Assembly (NCBI GenBank): GCA_963813715.1 | Contig: CAWFAK010000005.1 | Location: 1,376,001-1,440,000 of the forward strand | Source: an uncultured Planctomycetaceae bacterium | GTDB taxonomy: Bacteria > Planctomycetota > Planctomycetia > Planctomycetales > Planctomycetaceae | Direction of reading: 5' to 3' | DNA: 64,000 bases | In this document: positions 53,153-64,000 of the stretch, in pieces | Numbering within the stretch: the first letter of the stretch is position 1 | Layout: every line of letters starts with the position of its first letter | Translations under genes and position numbers: made by a program | Notes under the pieces: model-generated | Database searches by the model: none | The model's input: only the letters and a program-made list of their open reading frames with translations | What the model was told of the DNA's origin: nothing

Positions 53153-53492
53153 GCGTGCGCTCCGCATTCACCGGTTGCAGTTATGTGCGAGGGTATCGCC
53201 GCACAGGTCGGACACGGCACCGGGAACCACAGGCCCGGACCACTGACGGCGGGCGACTTCAATTAAGCAACCGTTGATTCGATTCTACTTCGCGCCGGGG
53301 GATGTCACAAGAATCGACGCGCCGCTCGGCCCGAAACGCGTAACGGGCTTTCGGCCAGTCCTTTTCCGTTAGTCGGAGCCGCCGGTTGCGGGCTGAATGG
53401 CGCGGAACGGCCGGGCGAATGCGCGCACGACAACATCGGAGCACGCGCAGGCGTTGCGCCGAATTGTCGTCACGGGTTCGCAAGCGTCGACG

Positions 53493-53696
53493 TTACGAGC
53501 CCATGCCGTTGTCGGACGTCACTTGCGGTTGATTGAGCACTGGCTCGTTCGAGCAGAGCTCTTCGCGGACGATGTTGAGATCGCGCGGTGCGTCGATGCC
53601 CAGACGCACGTTGTTGGGACCGATTCGCACGATCGTCACGGTCACGTTATCGCCGATCCTGATCTTTTCGCCCGTCTTGCGCGACAGAACTAGCAT
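53493..53696 (-). CDS. csrA: Carbon storage regulator
   Basis: MLVLSRKTGEKIRIGDNVTVTIV...VRLGIDAPRDLNIVREEL. Confidence 0.93.
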   Translation of the reverse strand: MLVLSRKTGEKIRIGDNVTVTIVRIGPNNVRLGIDAPRDLNIVREELCSNEPVLNQPQVTSDNGMGS

Positions 53697-54176
53697 TGCC
53701 TTCTCCTTGGTTCGGCTTTGCCGCAGCTTCCCTGATGCACCCTCACCGGCCATCGCGTGGAATGTGATTCGTGGTCGCCACGCGGCCAGGTACACGTCCG
53801 AAGCGCCGGTCAATTTCGTGCGCTTTTCGTTGTCATCAATACGAATACGTGGTCATTAGGATAACAAGCCGCATCGCAAAAAATCCAGTGGAGTTGCGTA
53901 AAACTCGGCCATTTCGCGATGCCGACAGACGGTGCGCCGGCAATGTCAAAATGGGACGACTGCAAAGACTACCGAGACAGCCCATCTCGCAGGCCGAAGG
54001 CGTGCCCACTTGTTGGGCATGGCCACTTGCTCATTTCCGATGCACGCTTGCTGGCTTCGCCGGCTGAACGAAACGGAATACTGCGGGTGGCGTGCCTTCG
54101 CTGCCTGCTTGACGGCGACTAGCCGCCTCACAATGCTAAGAAACCTTTCAGGTCACCTTGGCGGGGTCATCGAGCG

Positions 54177-55259
54177 ATGGTGCGGATCGGGATCGTCGGC
54201 GTCGGATTCATGGGGTACACCCATTTCGAGGCGGCGCGCCGGCTCAAGGGAGCCCGCGTTACCGCAATCGCGACCCGTGATAAGAAGAAGCTCGCCGGCG
54301 ATTGGACTTCGATTCAGGGCAACTTTGGTCCGCGCGGCGGCAAGGTCGATCTGTCGAAGGTCAAGAAGTACGCCGACTACCAGGAACTGCTCGCCGATCC
54401 CGACATCGACCTGGTCGACCTGTGTCTGCCGACCGGTTTGCACGAGTCGGCCGTCCTCGAATCCCTGGCGGCCGGCAAGCCCACGCTGGTCGAAAAGCCA
54501 ATCGCCGTCGACCTCAAGGCGGCCGACCGGATGGTGGCGGCTGCCAAGAAGGCCGGCGTGCCGCTGATGGTGGCCCAAGTGCTGCCGTTTCACGCCGAGT
54601 TTCAGTTCGTGCTCAATGCCCGGCAGACCGGCAAATATGGACGGCTGCTGGCGGCCCACTTTCGGCGCGTGATCGCTCCGCCCAAGTGGTCGCGGCACAT
54701 CGAGGACTTTCGCGCCTTGGGGGGCTGGGGCATCGATCTGCACATTCACGACAACCACTTCATCGCCCTGCTCTGCGGTCTGCCGCAAAAGGTCTTCTCG
54801 CGGGGAGTGGTTTCCGAAGGCCTCGTGAACCACGTGCACACACAATATGTCTATGCGGATCCGCAGCTCGCGGTGAGCTGCGTCAGCGGGGGAATCGCCG
54901 CCGCCGGCCTGCAGTTCGCCCACGGCTTCGAGATCTACTTTGAGAAGGCGACGATCCTGTTTGCCGCGGGGACCATCGGGGGCGAGTGGCAGGTCGAACG
55001 CCCGCTGACGTTGATCACCAACGACGGCAAAGCAACCGTTCCCGTCCTCAAAAGCGGCAAAGAGTGGTGCGCGGCCTTCACGATGGAGCTGCAAACGGCC
55101 GTCGATGCCGTGCGGAAGAAAACCGAGCCGCAACTCTTGAGCGGGGCGCTGGCCCGCGACGCGCTGCGACTCTGTTATGCTGAAGCCAAGAGCATCACAA
55201 CTGGCAAGCCGTGGCCGTCGCCACACTGGCAAGCCGGTGGCCGTCGCCTGATCCGATGA
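54177..55259 (+). CDS. Gfo/Idh/MocA oxidoreductase
   Basis: [21 protein letters not shown]. Confidence 0.9.
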   Translation: MVRIGIVGVGFMGYTHFEAARRLKGARVTAIATRDKKKLAGDWTSIQGNFGPRGGKVDLSKVKKYADYQELLADPDIDLVDLCLPTGLHESAVLESLAAGKPTLVEKPIAVDLKAADRMVAAAKKAGVPLMVAQVLPFHAEFQFVLNARQTGKYGRLLAAHFRRVIAPPKWSRHIEDFRALGGWGIDLHIHDNHFIALLCGLPQKVFSRGVVSEGLVNHVHTQYVYADPQLAVSCVSGGIAAAGLQFAHGFEIYFEKATILFAAGTIGGEWQVERPLTLITNDGKATVPVLKSGKEWCAAFTMELQTAVDAVRKKTEPQLLSGALARDALRLCYAEAKSITTGKPWPSPHWQAGGRRLIR

Positions 55260-56095
55260 TCGAAAACCTTCCCGTCAAAACGCTCCCGTTCAAGGGACTC
55301 ACGATCGAGGGCTATTCACGGGCCGCGGTCCAGAGCTATTGGCGAATCCAAGAGCTGAAGATCGGCTTCGAGCTGGGGGGCAGCCCCTGGTCGTTCACCG
55401 GAACGCCGACGTTCTTCGTCACCCACTCGCACCTCGATCATCTGGCGTCGATCCCGGTCTACGTGGCGCGGCGGCGGATGATGAAGATGGAGCCGCCCCG
55501 CGTCTACCTGCCGATCGAAGCGGTGGAGAACGTCCAACGACTGCTGCACGTCTGGCAGCGACTCGATCGCGGACGGATGATGGTCGATCTCGTCGGCGTG
55601 AAGCCGGGTGACGAGATCGAGCTGTCGCGCGAGCACGTGGTCACGGCGTTCGCCACCAAGCACACGGTCCCCTCACTCGGCTATGTCGTCTGGGACCGTC
55701 GCAAGAAACTCAAGCCCGAATACCAGGGTCGCGGCGGCGAAGAGATTCGCGAGCTGCGGTTGGCCGGCACGGAGGTGACGCAAGAGGTGCGGGTGCCGCT
55801 CTTGTGCTACGTTGGCGACAGCGCGCCCGCCGGCCTCGACAATTATCCGCCGCTCTACGAAGCGACCGTGCTGATTACGGAGATGACCTTCTTCCGCCCC
55901 GAGCACCGCAAGGAAAAGATCCACAAGTTCGGCCACACGCACTTGGACGACATCCTCGAGCGGGCCGACCGGTTCCAGAACGAACTGATCATCCTGTCGC
56001 ACTTCAGCACGCGCTACCACGAGCGACAAGTGCGGGCGGCGGTCGAGCGCCGGTTTCCGCCGTCGCTGTTGCAACGCGTGCACCTGTGGATGTGA
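55256..56095 (+). CDS. MBL-fold hydrolase, RNase Z-like
   Basis: [33 protein letters not shown]. Confidence 0.8.
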   Translation: MIENLPVKTLPFKGLTIEGYSRAAVQSYWRIQELKIGFELGGSPWSFTGTPTFFVTHSHLDHLASIPVYVARRRMMKMEPPRVYLPIEAVENVQRLLHVWQRLDRGRMMVDLVGVKPGDEIELSREHVVTAFATKHTVPSLGYVVWDRRKKLKPEYQGRGGEEIRELRLAGTEVTQEVRVPLLCYVGDSAPAGLDNYPPLYEATVLITEMTFFRPEHRKEKIHKFGHTHLDDILERADRFQNELIILSHFSTRYHERQVRAAVERRFPPSLLQRVHLWM

Positions 56096-56111
56096 GGGTG
56101 TCCGAAAATTC

Positions 56112-56217
56112 GGGTGCCACGGCTGAGACGCTTCGGCTCAGCCGTGCTCTTGCCGGGTGCTGATGACGGTTGCTGAACCGTGAAGAGCACGGTTGAGCAA
56201 GCTCAACAGTGGCACCC
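56112..56217 (-). repeat. 106-bp REP doublet/MITE, copy 3 (inverted)
   Basis: Reverse complement of 32105-32210 with a few changes. Confidence 0.85.
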
Positions 56218-56269
56218 AATCGCGTGGCACCCAAGCGCAGCGTCGGCCGTTATTCCGGCGGCGTCGGCA

Positions 56270-56839
56270 TTATTGCGGCATCTTGAACAGCGACTCGACG
56301 CTGATGTTGAGATCCGAAAAAACCGGGCTGCCCGGAATCGTCTGGCCGCCGGCGAAAATCCGCGGCGGCTGTCCCGCACGGATGTAGTGCACCGACTTGT
56401 CGATCGTGTCGACCATCCAGACCGTCCGCACGCCCCAGTTGAGGTAAGACTCGATCCGCTCGCGCATCGCCCGTCGGCGATCGTTGGTCGAGCCGATCTC
56501 GACCACAAGGGCCGGCCGGGTCTCCGTGACGATCCGATCCAATTCGGCAAACCGTTCGCCGCTGACAAAGAAACTGACAGGCGGCCGCCGCACCGTATCG
56601 GGTCCGCGGGCGACGATCAGGCCAATCTCGAAAGCCGCGTAACCTTTTTCGTCCGGCGCCTGCTGCAGGTAGGCGGCGAGTGACTTGGAGAAATTGAACA
56701 CGACCGCCCCATGCAGCAGGTCGGGCGCTTCCACCATCTCGATTTGACCGCGAACCAACTCGGCCCTCTGGAACTCGAAGTCCTCTTGGTCAACGAGTTC
56801 TGCAAATCGCTCAGCGGTCAGTGGGGACGATGAGTCCAA
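56270..56839 (-). CDS. Uma2/DUF820 family putative endonuclease
   Basis: ELVRG, PALVVEIGS, YLNWGVRTVWMVD. Confidence 0.85.
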   Translation of the reverse strand: MDSSSPLTAERFAELVDQEDFEFQRAELVRGQIEMVEAPDLLHGAVVFNFSKSLAAYLQQAPDEKGYAAFEIGLIVARGPDTVRRPPVSFFVSGERFAELDRIVTETRPALVVEIGSTNDRRRAMRERIESYLNWGVRTVWMVDTIDKSVHYIRAGQPPRIFAGGQTIPGSPVFSDLNISVESLFKMPQ

Positions 56840-56906
56840 TTGCGCCTCAAGCAGTGAACGACGTTGCGAGTGGTGATGCCGACTCCGAAAATTATAGGTG
56901 TGGTCA

Positions 56907-57320
56907 ATGGCCGAATCGAATCCAATTGCGGCGGCGTCTGATTCCGAGCGGCTCGTGAACGACGAAGACAGCTACCTTGCGACCTCAGATCGGGTCCGGA
57001 GAAGTCCGCCCGCCAATCGAACACTCGGCATCGTGGCCCTCTTGCTGACGATGTACTCGTGGTTCCTGACCATTGCACTCGCCCTGGGTCAGTGGTTGTT
57101 CGGCGGGGCTTGGCCTGGCGACGTGAAGGAATACGTCTCAATGGGAGTCACGCTCGGCCTGACCCTGATCGTCGGCACCGTCGGTCGACCCCACGTTCGC
57201 GCGCTGCGGCGACAGACGCGGGGCCGATCGATTTCGGTCAACGGACCCCAGGCGTTGGCGGTCACGATTTTAACGGTAGTCGCCGGGGCGTACGGGACGT
57301 GGCTTTTCTGCGGACCCTAG
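56907..57320 (+). CDS. Hypothetical membrane protein
   Basis: Three hydrophobic segments. Confidence 0.55.
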   Translation: MAESNPIAAASDSERLVNDEDSYLATSDRVRRSPPANRTLGIVALLLTMYSWFLTIALALGQWLFGGAWPGDVKEYVSMGVTLGLTLIVGTVGRPHVRALRRQTRGRSISVNGPQALAVTILTVVAGAYGTWLFCGP

Positions 57321-57515
57321 CGAGTTGCCCTCAATTCAGGGGTGAGTTTGCTGATTTCGGATCGGAACGGGTTCGATCTCCCACACGGCCTCGTGTACAA
57401 TCGGACGCTGCCTTTCCGCTCAGAATCCGGCCGGCTCCTCGGTGGGCGTCGAGTCCAGGCCCGGACCTTCAACTGAGTCGCGGCGCATTCGCCGTCGCGA
57501 CACTAGGAACCTGCA

Positions 57516-59328
57516 ATGAACGAGCGCTTCGTGCGTCGGCTGGCTCTCGGAACGGTGCTGCTTCTGGGTGCGGCGGTCCCGCTCGCCACGGCCGCGGAGG
57601 CGACGGTCCGCATCGGGCAGAATGTCGGCAAGCTGGCCTTCAAGGACATTCGCTACTTGCCGCGGTCGCTGGCCGACCTGTCGGGCAAGAAAGCCTACGT
57701 GATCGTCTGCACCAGCACGACCTGTCCGCTCGTGCAAAAGTACCTGCCCAAGCTCAAGCGGCTCGACGAGAAGTATCGCGGCAAGGGCGTGCAGTTCGTG
57801 TCGCTCAACGTCAATCCGGGCGATTCGATCCGCGAGATGGCGGCCCACGCCGTCGGCTTCGACCTGGCCTTCCCCACGGTGAAGGACATCAACGGCGAAT
57901 CGGCAGCCGCACTGGGCGTGAGCCGGACGCCGGAAGTGGTCGTGCTGAGCGGCGATCACACGCTGGTTTATCGCGGACACGTCGACGATCAGTACCACTT
58001 CGCGGGCGAAGCCAACCACGTCACGCACAACGATCTCGAAAACGCACTCGAGGCGGTGCTGGCGGGCAAACCGGTGCTGGTGGCCGAGACGTCGGTCGAT
58101 GGCTGCCTGATCACCAAGTCGGCGGCGACGGTGAAAACCGGCGTGACTTACCACAAGGACATCGTGCCGCTGTTGCGGAAGCACTGCGTCGCCTGCCACC
58201 AGCCGGAGACCGAGGCCCCCTTCTCGCTCTTGTCCTATGAAGACGCGAAGAAGCAGGGACAGGCGATGGCCGAGGTGGTGAGCGACCAGTCGATGCCGCC
58301 CTGGTACGCGAGCGCCGCCCACGACGACTTCGCGAATCACCGCGGCATGTCGAGCGACGAGATCGAGACGATCGTGTCCTGGGTGCGGGGCGGCATGCCG
58401 CAAGGCACAGCGGTCGCAGACGCCACACCCGCCCCGCTGCGCAAGGTCGAGGGCGACGGCTGGTTGATCGGCAAGCCCGACCTGGTTCTTGCAGTCCAAG
58501 CTGCACGATGTCCCGACCGAGGGATTCGTGGCCTATCGCTACGAGCCGCTCAACTACGTCTTTCCGGACGACACCTGGATCGACAAGATTCAAATCCTGC
58601 CGGACAACCCCAAGGTCGTCCACCACTGCAACCTGATCTTCATCCCGATGTTCGGCGACAAGGTGAAGAACGCCGTCTTCGTGACCGGCAAGGTGCCGGG
58701 CGGAATCCCGACCGAACTGCGCGACGGCACGGCGGTCCGCGGCCCGAAGGCCTACATTCCGCTGTTGCAGATTCACTTCACGACGAATGGCCACCCGGAG
58801 AAGTGCCGGATTTCGGTCGGCTTCCACTATCCGCGCGAAAAAGTTCAGAAGGAGCTGCACCTCGAGCGGATTTCCAACCACCGCTTCGCGATCACTCCCG
58901 GCGATCCGCACTACACCATCACCGAGAGCTGGCAGACCAAGCACGATATCGTCGGCGCCGGGCTGTTCACGCATATGCACGTCCGCGGCACCGACATGAC
59001 GTACCTGGCCCACTATCCCAACGGCAAGACCGAGACGCTGCTGGTCGTGCCCAACTACAGCTTCGATTGGCAGATTGGCTACAGCTGGGCCGACGGCGTG
59101 CGAAAGTTCCCCAAGGGGACGAAGTTCGAGGTCGTCGCTCACTACGACAACTCGTCCTTCAATCCATTCAATCCCGATCCGAAGCGTCTGGTCAAAGAAG
59201 GGGATCAGACTGTCGACGAGATGATGTACGGCTTCCTCTTCTATACGGTGGCCGGCGAACATCTGAATCTCGACATCAACCCCAAAACGGGCGCCGCTAT
59301 GCCGTCGACCAGGCTCAGCAGCCGGTAA
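57516..59328 (+). CDS. Redoxin + cytochrome c + copper monooxygenase-like fusion protein, frameshift near 58490
   Basis: TTCP redoxin and YRGHVDDQY; CVACH...MPPW; VVHHC, HMH, EMM. Confidence 0.8.
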
Positions 59329-59445
59329 GTCGGCGGCCAAAAGCGCGTTTTTCGCACAACACTGGCGGCTCGTCCCGCCAGTGTTGTCTTTTAGACAGCC
59401 ACGACATTTTGATTTCCGGTCAAGGTTCGCGATCGAGGTGCTCCC

Positions 59446-60573
59446 ATGAACGCCCTGGATTACACACGCGACCTCGTCTCCTTCGGCTCGATCAGCGCGA
59501 CCTCGAACGTCGACGTCACCGATCACCTCGAACGCATGCTCAAGGGACTCGACTTTGAGACGGAGCGGATCGATTACGTCGACGCGGCCGGCGTGAAGAA
59601 GTCGAACGTGGTCGGCAAACGGGGCGACGGTCCGGGCGGCCTGGCCTACTTCGCCCACACAGACGTCGTGCCGGCCGACAATTGGTTCAGCTCCGAGCAC
59701 GGCCCCTTCAGTCCCACCGTGAAGGACGGCCGTCTCTACGGCCGGGGCAGCTGCGACATGAAGGGCTCGCTCGGCTGCATCCTAGCTGCCGCGGCCGGCG
59801 TGTCTCGGCAAAAGCAGCGAGCTCCGCTCTACATCACGGGCACGGCCGATGAAGAAGTCGGCTACATCGGCGCGACTGAAGTGGCCAAGCGCTCCGTCCT
59901 CTTTCGTCAGATGGTCGACTCGGCGGCGTGCGGCATTGTCGGCGAGCCGACCGAGTTGGAAGTCGTCTACGCCCACAAGGGAACGTGGGGCTTCCGCGCG
60001 ACGGCGCGCGGGCGGGCCGCGCATTCCAGCTCCCGCGACGGAATCAACGCGAACCTGGCAATGATCCCCTTTCTCGTCGAGATGAAAGCCCTCCACGACG
60101 AGACCGAGCGCGACCCGGCCTGGCAGGACCCTCGCTTCGACCCACCGACAATCAGCTGGAACATCGGCATCAACGACCACACGCGGGCGGTGAACATCAC
60201 ACCGCCGCAAAGCATCTGCACTGTTTATTTCCGCCCCATGCCCAACCAAAAGCCGCAGCTCTTGGTCGACCGGTCGCGGGCGGCCGCCGAACGTTGCGGC
60301 CTCGAGTTCGAGGCGTTGTGGGCTGCACCGCCGCTGGAAATCGACGTCCGTTCCGATTTCGTCACGCAGATGCTCAAGCTCGCCGACAAGACGACGGCCC
60401 GCACGGTCTGCTATGGCACGGACGGCACGCAGTATACGTCGCTCAAAAAACTGATCGTCATCGGGCCGGGTAACATCGCGCAGGGCCATACGTTCGACGA
60501 ATGGATCGACGTGAAGCAGCTCGAGCGAGGGACCGACCTCTATGCCCGCTGCATCGAGCAGTGGTGCTGCTGA
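59446..60573 (+). CDS. argE: M20 metallohydrolase, acetylornithine deacetylase-like
   Basis: HTDVVP, GRGSCDMKG, DEEVG, GEPT, GRAAHSS, GHTFDE. Confidence 0.8.
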   Translation: MNALDYTRDLVSFGSISATSNVDVTDHLERMLKGLDFETERIDYVDAAGVKKSNVVGKRGDGPGGLAYFAHTDVVPADNWFSSEHGPFSPTVKDGRLYGRGSCDMKGSLGCILAAAAGVSRQKQRAPLYITGTADEEVGYIGATEVAKRSVLFRQMVDSAACGIVGEPTELEVVYAHKGTWGFRATARGRAAHSSSRDGINANLAMIPFLVEMKALHDETERDPAWQDPRFDPPTISWNIGINDHTRAVNITPPQSICTVYFRPMPNQKPQLLVDRSRAAAERCGLEFEALWAAPPLEIDVRSDFVTQMLKLADKTTARTVCYGTDGTQYTSLKKLIVIGPGNIAQGHTFDEWIDVKQLERGTDLYARCIEQWCC

Positions 60574-60608
60574 ACGGCGCTATTTACCGGGGCTTTATTT
60601 ACCCGGCG

Positions 60609-61907
60609 CTATTTGCCGCGGTTGAACTGGGCCGGATCGAAGGGATCGGTGAGCGGACCCAAGTCGTTGCTCGAGTTGCCAGAGCCGGAGTTGGCTGTGG
60701 CGGTGCGCGGCAGCGAAGCCGTGGGCTGGATCATGCTGGCATCGATCCCACTCGCGTTTGGCGGGACGTTGTTCAATGCCGGGCCGGAGTTGGATGCCGG
60801 GACAGTATTCGATGTCGGGAAGGTGGCCGACGCGGGAACAACGAGCGGATCGCGGTGCGACTCGGGTCTGCCGGCTTGCGCGATTTTCTCGACCGACCGC
60901 CGCGCCGCGTCGTCCCGGTTCATGCGGGTCAGCTCGGGACCCACGCTACTGAGCCAGGCGACGAGCCGCGCCTTCTGCACGTCCTGGGCGCCGCCGGCTA
61001 ACGGAGGATGCGCCGCTCCGCCGTGAGCTTCTGCCGCCTTCGCCAAGAGCAGGCTGCGGCGGGCATATTGCGGATCGACAAGTTGCAGCACGGCATCCAG
61101 GTTGCGGCCGGTGATCTGCCGGTTGCCGCCGGCGGCCAGATGCACTCGATCGAGATGAAACGACGTATTCGTCGGTCCGCCGTGACAGCGGAGGCTGCCG
61201 CAGCGCGCCAGCAGAATCGGCTGCACGCCGATCACGAATTCTTTGACCCGCGCGGGCGAGAGCCGCGACAGCGATTCAACGACTTTGGCGTCGGGGGCCG
61301 CGTGTTCGGTCACGCCGCTAACTTTGACGAACCCTCCCGGTGCCGTGTGCGCGGCCTCCAATCGCGTCAGCAAGGCCTTGGCCTCTTGGTTTGTCGGATC
61401 GAATTCGAGCACCTTGCGCAGATGAAACGCGGCTTCACCCGGCAGTCGGTTTTCCAGACACCAGCGCCCCAGCCGAATGTCGCGCCGCACGGGCGTCGTC
61501 GTTGGCTCGGTGGCACACATTTTTTCGTAGGCTTCGTGTCGATCGCGGGCGACGAGCTGCACCTGGTCGAAGCTGAAAAACATGCTCGATTCCGGCGTCT
61601 CCACGCGGTAGCCATGCAAGTCGCCGCGAATGGCCCCGTCGATCACGCGACCATCGGCCAGGACAAGGATGTGCGATCCCTCCGGGGCAGTCGGCGCTTT
61701 GTGGGGCGATTTGGCCTGCTCGACGGCGGCCGCCGCCTGCCGGTCGAAGAGTTGTTTGAGCAGCGGATCGTCGGCCCGCAGGCCCTCGGACGGGCCGAGA
61801 GACACGACGAGGGCCGCGACCAAGCCCGCGAAACCCAGTGGATGCCAGGGCCGGCGCTGCGTATAGAGCGTATGTAGAGAGAAACGGGGGAATGCGCGGA
61901 ATCTCAT
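60609..61907 (-). CDS. Exported hypothetical protein with TPR-like segment and C-x4-CH motif
   Basis: LGRWCLEN...LEFDPTNQEA; VQPILLARCGSLRCHG. Confidence 0.65.
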   Translation of the reverse strand: MRFRAFPRFSLHTLYTQRRPWHPLGFAGLVAALVVSLGPSEGLRADDPLLKQLFDRQAAAAVEQAKSPHKAPTAPEGSHILVLADGRVIDGAIRGDLHGYRVETPESSMFFSFDQVQLVARDRHEAYEKMCATEPTTTPVRRDIRLGRWCLENRLPGEAAFHLRKVLEFDPTNQEAKALLTRLEAAHTAPGGFVKVSGVTEHAAPDAKVVESLSRLSPARVKEFVIGVQPILLARCGSLRCHGGPTNTSFHLDRVHLAAGGNRQITGRNLDAVLQLVDPQYARRSLLLAKAAEAHGGAAHPPLAGGAQDVQKARLVAWLSSVGPELTRMNRDDAARRSVEKIAQAGRPESHRDPLVVPASATFPTSNTVPASNSGPALNNVPPNASGIDASMIQPTASLPRTATANSGSGNSSNDLGPLTDPFDPAQFNRGK

Positions 61908-62392
61908 CAGTCGAGGCTCCCGCTGGAGGGAAAAGCGTCTGTATCGGGGGAATGGAATCGGCGGACGAGGGAACTTTGAGGGGGCCGGAACAATAGTCCG
62001 CTTCGGAGGTTCGGTCAATACGATTCAAATCCCCTCATCTGGGATTGGCTGGCGTTTCGACTCCCCCGGACAAAACGGGGGTTTAGGCATCGCGAGGGTC
62101 GACCGGCGCCGGGCGAATTGACTGCGGGGAAAGATGGCTTGGATCGATGGATTACTGACGCGGGAACCCGTGCGACCGACCGGCAATTGGCCCGTCTGCT
62201 CGTCGGTCCGCCCAGCGGCGGTCCGTCGCCGTTCGGGCACTTTTTTACCTGAGGCCTGCCCGGATCGGTTTGGCGCGGTAGAATTGGTTTTCCGGGCCGG
62301 ACCTTGGCAACGAAGTTGAATTGAAACCCCGGGCGGCGCACGTTCGCGATCGTCGCCGGGGAAGTCCGACGAATTCTGCACAGCACGCCACT

Positions 62393-63379
62393 ATGAGCAT
62401 CGCCGGAACCCAAGTGGTTCGACCGGGTCCGCTACCACCGATCGCTCCTCCCGACGCGGCGCTCGAGCCGGCGCCTCACTCCCCGTCCAATGCGGCAACC
62501 AACCCGCAGGCGGCGATTCCTCTGCCGACGCGCTCACAATGGAACGCGGCCGGCCTTTCGCTAATGTTCCACCTGCTCATGCTGCTGGTCCTGGCCGCGC
62601 TGTTGATCCCCGTGCGGTCGATCGGCAGCGGCACGTCGATCGACGGCGGCATCGGCAATGAAGCCGGAGACGCCGGCGACCTGCTCGACAGCGTGACGAT
62701 CGGCAGTCCTGATCCGGGGACCGGCCGCGATATCGAAAAGTCACTGACCCCGGCCACCGAAGGCGTCCCCGCCATCGAGGGCGCGATGGCGGCCGGTTCG
62801 GGTTCGGGGAGCGGCACCGGCAAAGGCAGCTTCGATGCCATCGCGTCGCTCGGCGCCGCGGGCGGCGGCAGCGGCAAAGGGGTCGGCTTCTTCGGCACCC
62901 GCGCGCGAGCCGATTCGGTCGTGTTCATCGTCGACATGTCGGGGAGCATGGAGGGTCACCGCTTCGACCGCGCCGTCGAGGAGTTGACGCACTCGCTGAC
63001 CTTGCTGCAGCCGTCGCAGAAGTTCTTCATCTTCTTCTACAACAGCGCGACCTTCCCGCTATTCGAACAGCGGGTGGCCAAGCTGTTGCCGGCGACCAGC
63101 GGCAACCGAGCCAAGGCGACCAAGTGGATCCACGCGTTTCACGCCGAGGGAGACACCGCCCCCGAGGACGCCATCGAACGGGCGCTCAAGCTGAAGCCCC
63201 AGGTGATCTATTTTCTGACCGATGGCGAGATCCCCGACACGACCCGCAGCACGGCCAAGCGATTCAACACCGAGCATAAAACGGTGATCCACACCATCGC
63301 CTTCGAGTACGAAGGTGGCGCGGAACAGCTCCGCGGCATTGCCGTCGACAGCCGCGGCAAGTACCGTTTTGTTCCGTAG
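62393..63379 (+). CDS. Membrane-anchored vWA domain protein
   Basis: TM segment, Gly-rich linker, VFIVDMSGSM (MIDAS), FLTDG, IHTIAF. Confidence 0.88.
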   Translation: MSIAGTQVVRPGPLPPIAPPDAALEPAPHSPSNAATNPQAAIPLPTRSQWNAAGLSLMFHLLMLLVLAALLIPVRSIGSGTSIDGGIGNEAGDAGDLLDSVTIGSPDPGTGRDIEKSLTPATEGVPAIEGAMAAGSGSGSGTGKGSFDAIASLGAAGGGSGKGVGFFGTRARADSVVFIVDMSGSMEGHRFDRAVEELTHSLTLLQPSQKFFIFFYNSATFPLFEQRVAKLLPATSGNRAKATKWIHAFHAEGDTAPEDAIERALKLKPQVIYFLTDGEIPDTTRSTAKRFNTEHKTVIHTIAFEYEGGAEQLRGIAVDSRGKYRFVP

Positions 63380-63504
63380 CATGTGACGGGCCCCGCGAGA
63401 GCCGCGTGTGACCGGCCGCTCAGTTTTCTGCACCGTCGCTCTTCACGTTGGCCCTTCGCGTTCCGCCTGCCTTCAGGCCGGCTCCAATAGGACTGGCAAG
63501 CGCG

Positions 63505-63780
63505 ATGGAATCCGACTCGTCTCTGGGAGCGGCTGAAGGCCGCGAGGTCGTGCTCGACCTGGCCAGTCAATACGTCATCCTCGGCACGCTGACTGGCAGC
63601 GACGCGCACCACTACATTCTCGAAAACGCCGACGTCCACGACCTGCGTGACACCACCACCAGTCGCGAGCTCTATGTGTTGGACGCGAAGCGTCACGGCA
63701 TCAACGCCAACCGCAAGCGGGTTTTCGTCCGCAAAGACGGAGTGGTGAGTCTCTCAAAACTCGCCGACGTCATCGAATAA
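63505..63780 (+). CDS. Small LSm/Sm-like protein (91 aa)
   Basis: GREVVLDL..YVILGTLTGSD..YILENA (Sm1-like) and VFVRKDGVVSLS (Sm2-like). Confidence 0.6.
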   Translation: MESDSSLGAAEGREVVLDLASQYVILGTLTGSDAHHYILENADVHDLRDTTTSRELYVLDAKRHGINANRKRVFVRKDGVVSLSKLADVIE

Positions 63781-64000
63781 ATGGCCCCGCTTATTAATGC
63801 CCCGCGCAGTTTACGAATGAAGTGCGCGCACGGCATGCCCGCGAGATCTGAGGCGCCCTGATCGCCGCACGAAACCGAATGCGAATCTGCGACTGAACAT
63901 TCTTTGTTCACTGGCCTGCGAACAACCAATCGTAAAGGGATTATAAATTTCGCCGCTGGATGTCTTTGACGCACGGTGACTCGGGGCTATCATGCCCGTG

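Noticed and set aside
48863..53167. 1434-aa DUF1501-DUF1549 fusion ORF
   Set aside because: Produced by a frameshift near 51960; the DUF1501 C-terminus continues in ORF 51775..51957 with its own stop.
1590..58495. Frameshifts in fusA, thiG, livM/G, MFS, DUF1501, DUF1549 and others as programmed recoding or pseudogenisation
   Set aside because: They are scattered single-base indels in conserved genes, with no slippery heptamers seen. Long-read error is the simpler explanation.
57365..62075. tRNA-like T-loop strings at ~57370 and ~62020-62070
   Set aside because: No cloverleaf or acceptor stem could be built.

Overview
GC-rich bacterial chromosome segment, most likely from a planctomycete. 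The evidence is a DUF1501/DUF1549-DUF1553/cytochrome c-WD40 operon, an LEPR-XLL-type exported repeat protein, a mitochondrial-like spdEFG1 elongation factor and abundant GGGTG(C/G)CA-footed REP hairpins. Most of the window is core or housekeeping content: fusA paralog, ClC channel, thiS-thiG, tadA/B/C, RND efflux, liv ABC, MFS, csrA, argE-like and others. Many genes carry single-base frameshifts, which suggests an imperfect long-read assembly. The standout is a 3,969-bp transposable element at 17025-20993. It has IS903-like terminal inverted repeats (GGCTTTGCACAA...), a perfect 10-bp target duplication (ACGTGTCCCG) and ~20-bp-spaced subterminal GTTGTGCA repeats. It encodes an N-terminal-SWIM DDE transposase and passenger genes (an Orc1/Cdc6-like AAA+ ATPase, a 4-TM protein and two small membrane proteins), and contains overlapping divergent sigma70 promoters and a candidate antisense RNA. 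Other notable items are an archaeal/eukaryote-style LSm-like small protein, a four-half-site 11-bp-period operator ahead of the RND/DUF47 genes, and a redoxin-heme c-copper monooxygenase fusion. All calls come from reading the sequence; no database searches were run.
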